Source of the DNA: Priapulus caudatus
Lineage: Eukaryota
Direction of reading: 5' to 3'
Assembly (NCBI RefSeq): GCF_000485595.1
Contig: NW_014577082.1
Span: 252,597-307,139, forward strand
Length of the DNA: 54,543 nucleotides
Shown: piece after piece, positions 52,810-54,543 of the stretch
How the letters are laid out: each line of letters starts with the position of its first letter
How positions within the stretch are numbered: the stretch's first letter is position 1
Notes under the pieces: model-generated
Database searches by the model: none
What the model saw: only the letters and a program-made list of their open reading frames with translations
Told to the model about the DNA's origin: nothing
Program-made: the position numbers and the translations under genes

Positions 52810-54117
52810 GATTATCAATGAGATTAATTATTATCATGTGGTTGGGACCAAGCCACGTCCAACGTGAGACTCAGAAGCAGTGCTGTGCACGGTCGGCGTA
52901 CGTTGTGAACACTCCTGAACTAAGCCTACAACCTATATCACCACCACGTTGGCATCTAACCGCAACCCGTAATTTTCAATTAGTTTGATAAATCCACTAT
53001 TTTGTTGCCATCCAGATTGATAAAGCTTTTGGTCGCCATAACAAACAAATATGTAATGATAGGTGGCAGCACAATAAATAAATGCTCTTGTGTAAAATGG
53101 CTGCGAAAATATTGGCAATCGTGAGGTCAAATCCTGTGTTGCGAATTACTCCTGCAACTTTATCTATACAATGGAATAAATTATCGTCTGATACTTCTAA
53201 GTCACAATCTAGTGAATCAAAGGACGAAGTCACACACACAGGACAGGTATGCTAGATAGTTCAGGCTCGTAGTGCCTAGTGCTGGCACTGCCACGGCACT
53301 GCCATAAATGATAGAATGATAAGCCTATTAATTTATAACGTTTAATATATAGTTTAAAAATTCTACATTATTATAAATTTATAATTAAATTGTTATAAAT
53401 TAATAGGTTATAATTTATCTATTCATTTACCTATTAATTTATAACGTTAACTGGTATAATTATAATTAAAAAGTATAAATTTCTAGAAATTAATAATTAA
53501 TTTGTTATAATTAATAGCCATAGAGGTTTTCACCAAATATTTAGTACAGAAAAGCATTAGATTGTGTATTGATTGATTGATTGAGTGATTTATTTCGATA
53601 ATTAACAAAGCATACATGACGTCGTTAACAGCATAAATAAACAAAATGCAGCTAGAAAATTATCGTGGATGAAAACACAAAAAGCGTGGCTAACACACTT
53701 AAGGGTACGCTTAGTACTAGTAGTGTAGATCAGTCACAGTTAGTACACTGTGTAAGTAGTGTTGCAGGGAACGGTCGTAGCTATAACCGACAACGTCGAC
53801 AGGGTCGTACGCCCTAGCAACTGTCGTTAACCATGCTGTATTACACAGTACGTGACGCCGACTTCGGCCGATGATGACCTGATGCGACATTACGCGTGTT
53901 TTATACGCCGCATAACGGCACTTACGTCCGGGTCGTAATTAGTGTAAATTCGTGTGGTCACGCGAATTGGATAGCATACAACAGAGATTCTAATAACAGC
54001 GCTACTAATAAACGCGCCAGTTTACCGTGAGAAGCAATAAAGGTGAGTGGAGAAATTGATTGTCCCGCGTTGGTGCTGTTATGTCCGAAAATAACGAGTT
54101 AGGATAGAGGAGGAAAT

Positions 54118-54275
54118 CAGTGGCGGATTCAGATGTGAATTCGGGGGGGGGGGGGCAAATCATGCGAGAGCACGAGCACGAAGCGCCCGAGGGAGGGGGG
54201 GGGTGTTATAGGCTAAACTTGCCCTGAAACTTCTAGGGTGCGACCGCCCCCTGTGCTTACCTGGATGCGCCACTG
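54118..54275. mobile_element. hAT-like MITE
   Basis: TIRs CAGTGGCGGATTCAG / CTGGATGCGCCACTG; no clean TSD. Confidence 0.5.
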
Positions 54276-54543
54276 GGAATAACACCTATGTGAGAGAGGG
54301 GGAATCGATTAAGTTGAAATATTTACTACGAGAGAGAGGTAAACGAATCGTAGAGAATTTTTCTTTCGTGAAAAATGGAAACTGCTTGCGATGCTATTAC
54401 ACTCTGGTGCCCCCCAGTTGCTCTATAAACCTCTATTGGTTTTATTGTTACATCGCCTTACTTTCATATTTATAAGTCCACGACTAGCGTACTTGTACGG
54501 CCGCTCTTTGTTGTTACGCGCTTCCTTTTCCAGGGTCATGGTC

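Overview
Eukaryotic (invertebrate-like metazoan) draft genomic DNA. It is rich in microsatellites and MITEs, has four N-gaps, and has stretches with the indel-heavy look of uncorrected long reads. Four spliced genes are readable. (1) A PDE2A-type cGMP-stimulated phosphodiesterase on +, from the end of GAF-A through GAF-B and the catalytic domain to the stop at 29970. (2) An orphan class A GPCR on -, whose TM6/TM7 exons lie upstream of its TM1-5 exons. (3) A 3-exon HSF-domain gene on - with no oligomerisation coil and a changed recognition helix. (4) IFT57 on -, last exon not found. Notable oddities: a cryptic ~230-codon coding-like exon in a PDE2 intron that splices in phase onto the next exon; an out-of-order GAF-A exon; and a 6-kb inverted noisy copy of PDE2 holding the only copy of one exon. 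Several of these are more likely assembly artefacts than biology, and I flag them as such. Homology calls rest on recalled protein sequences, not on searches.
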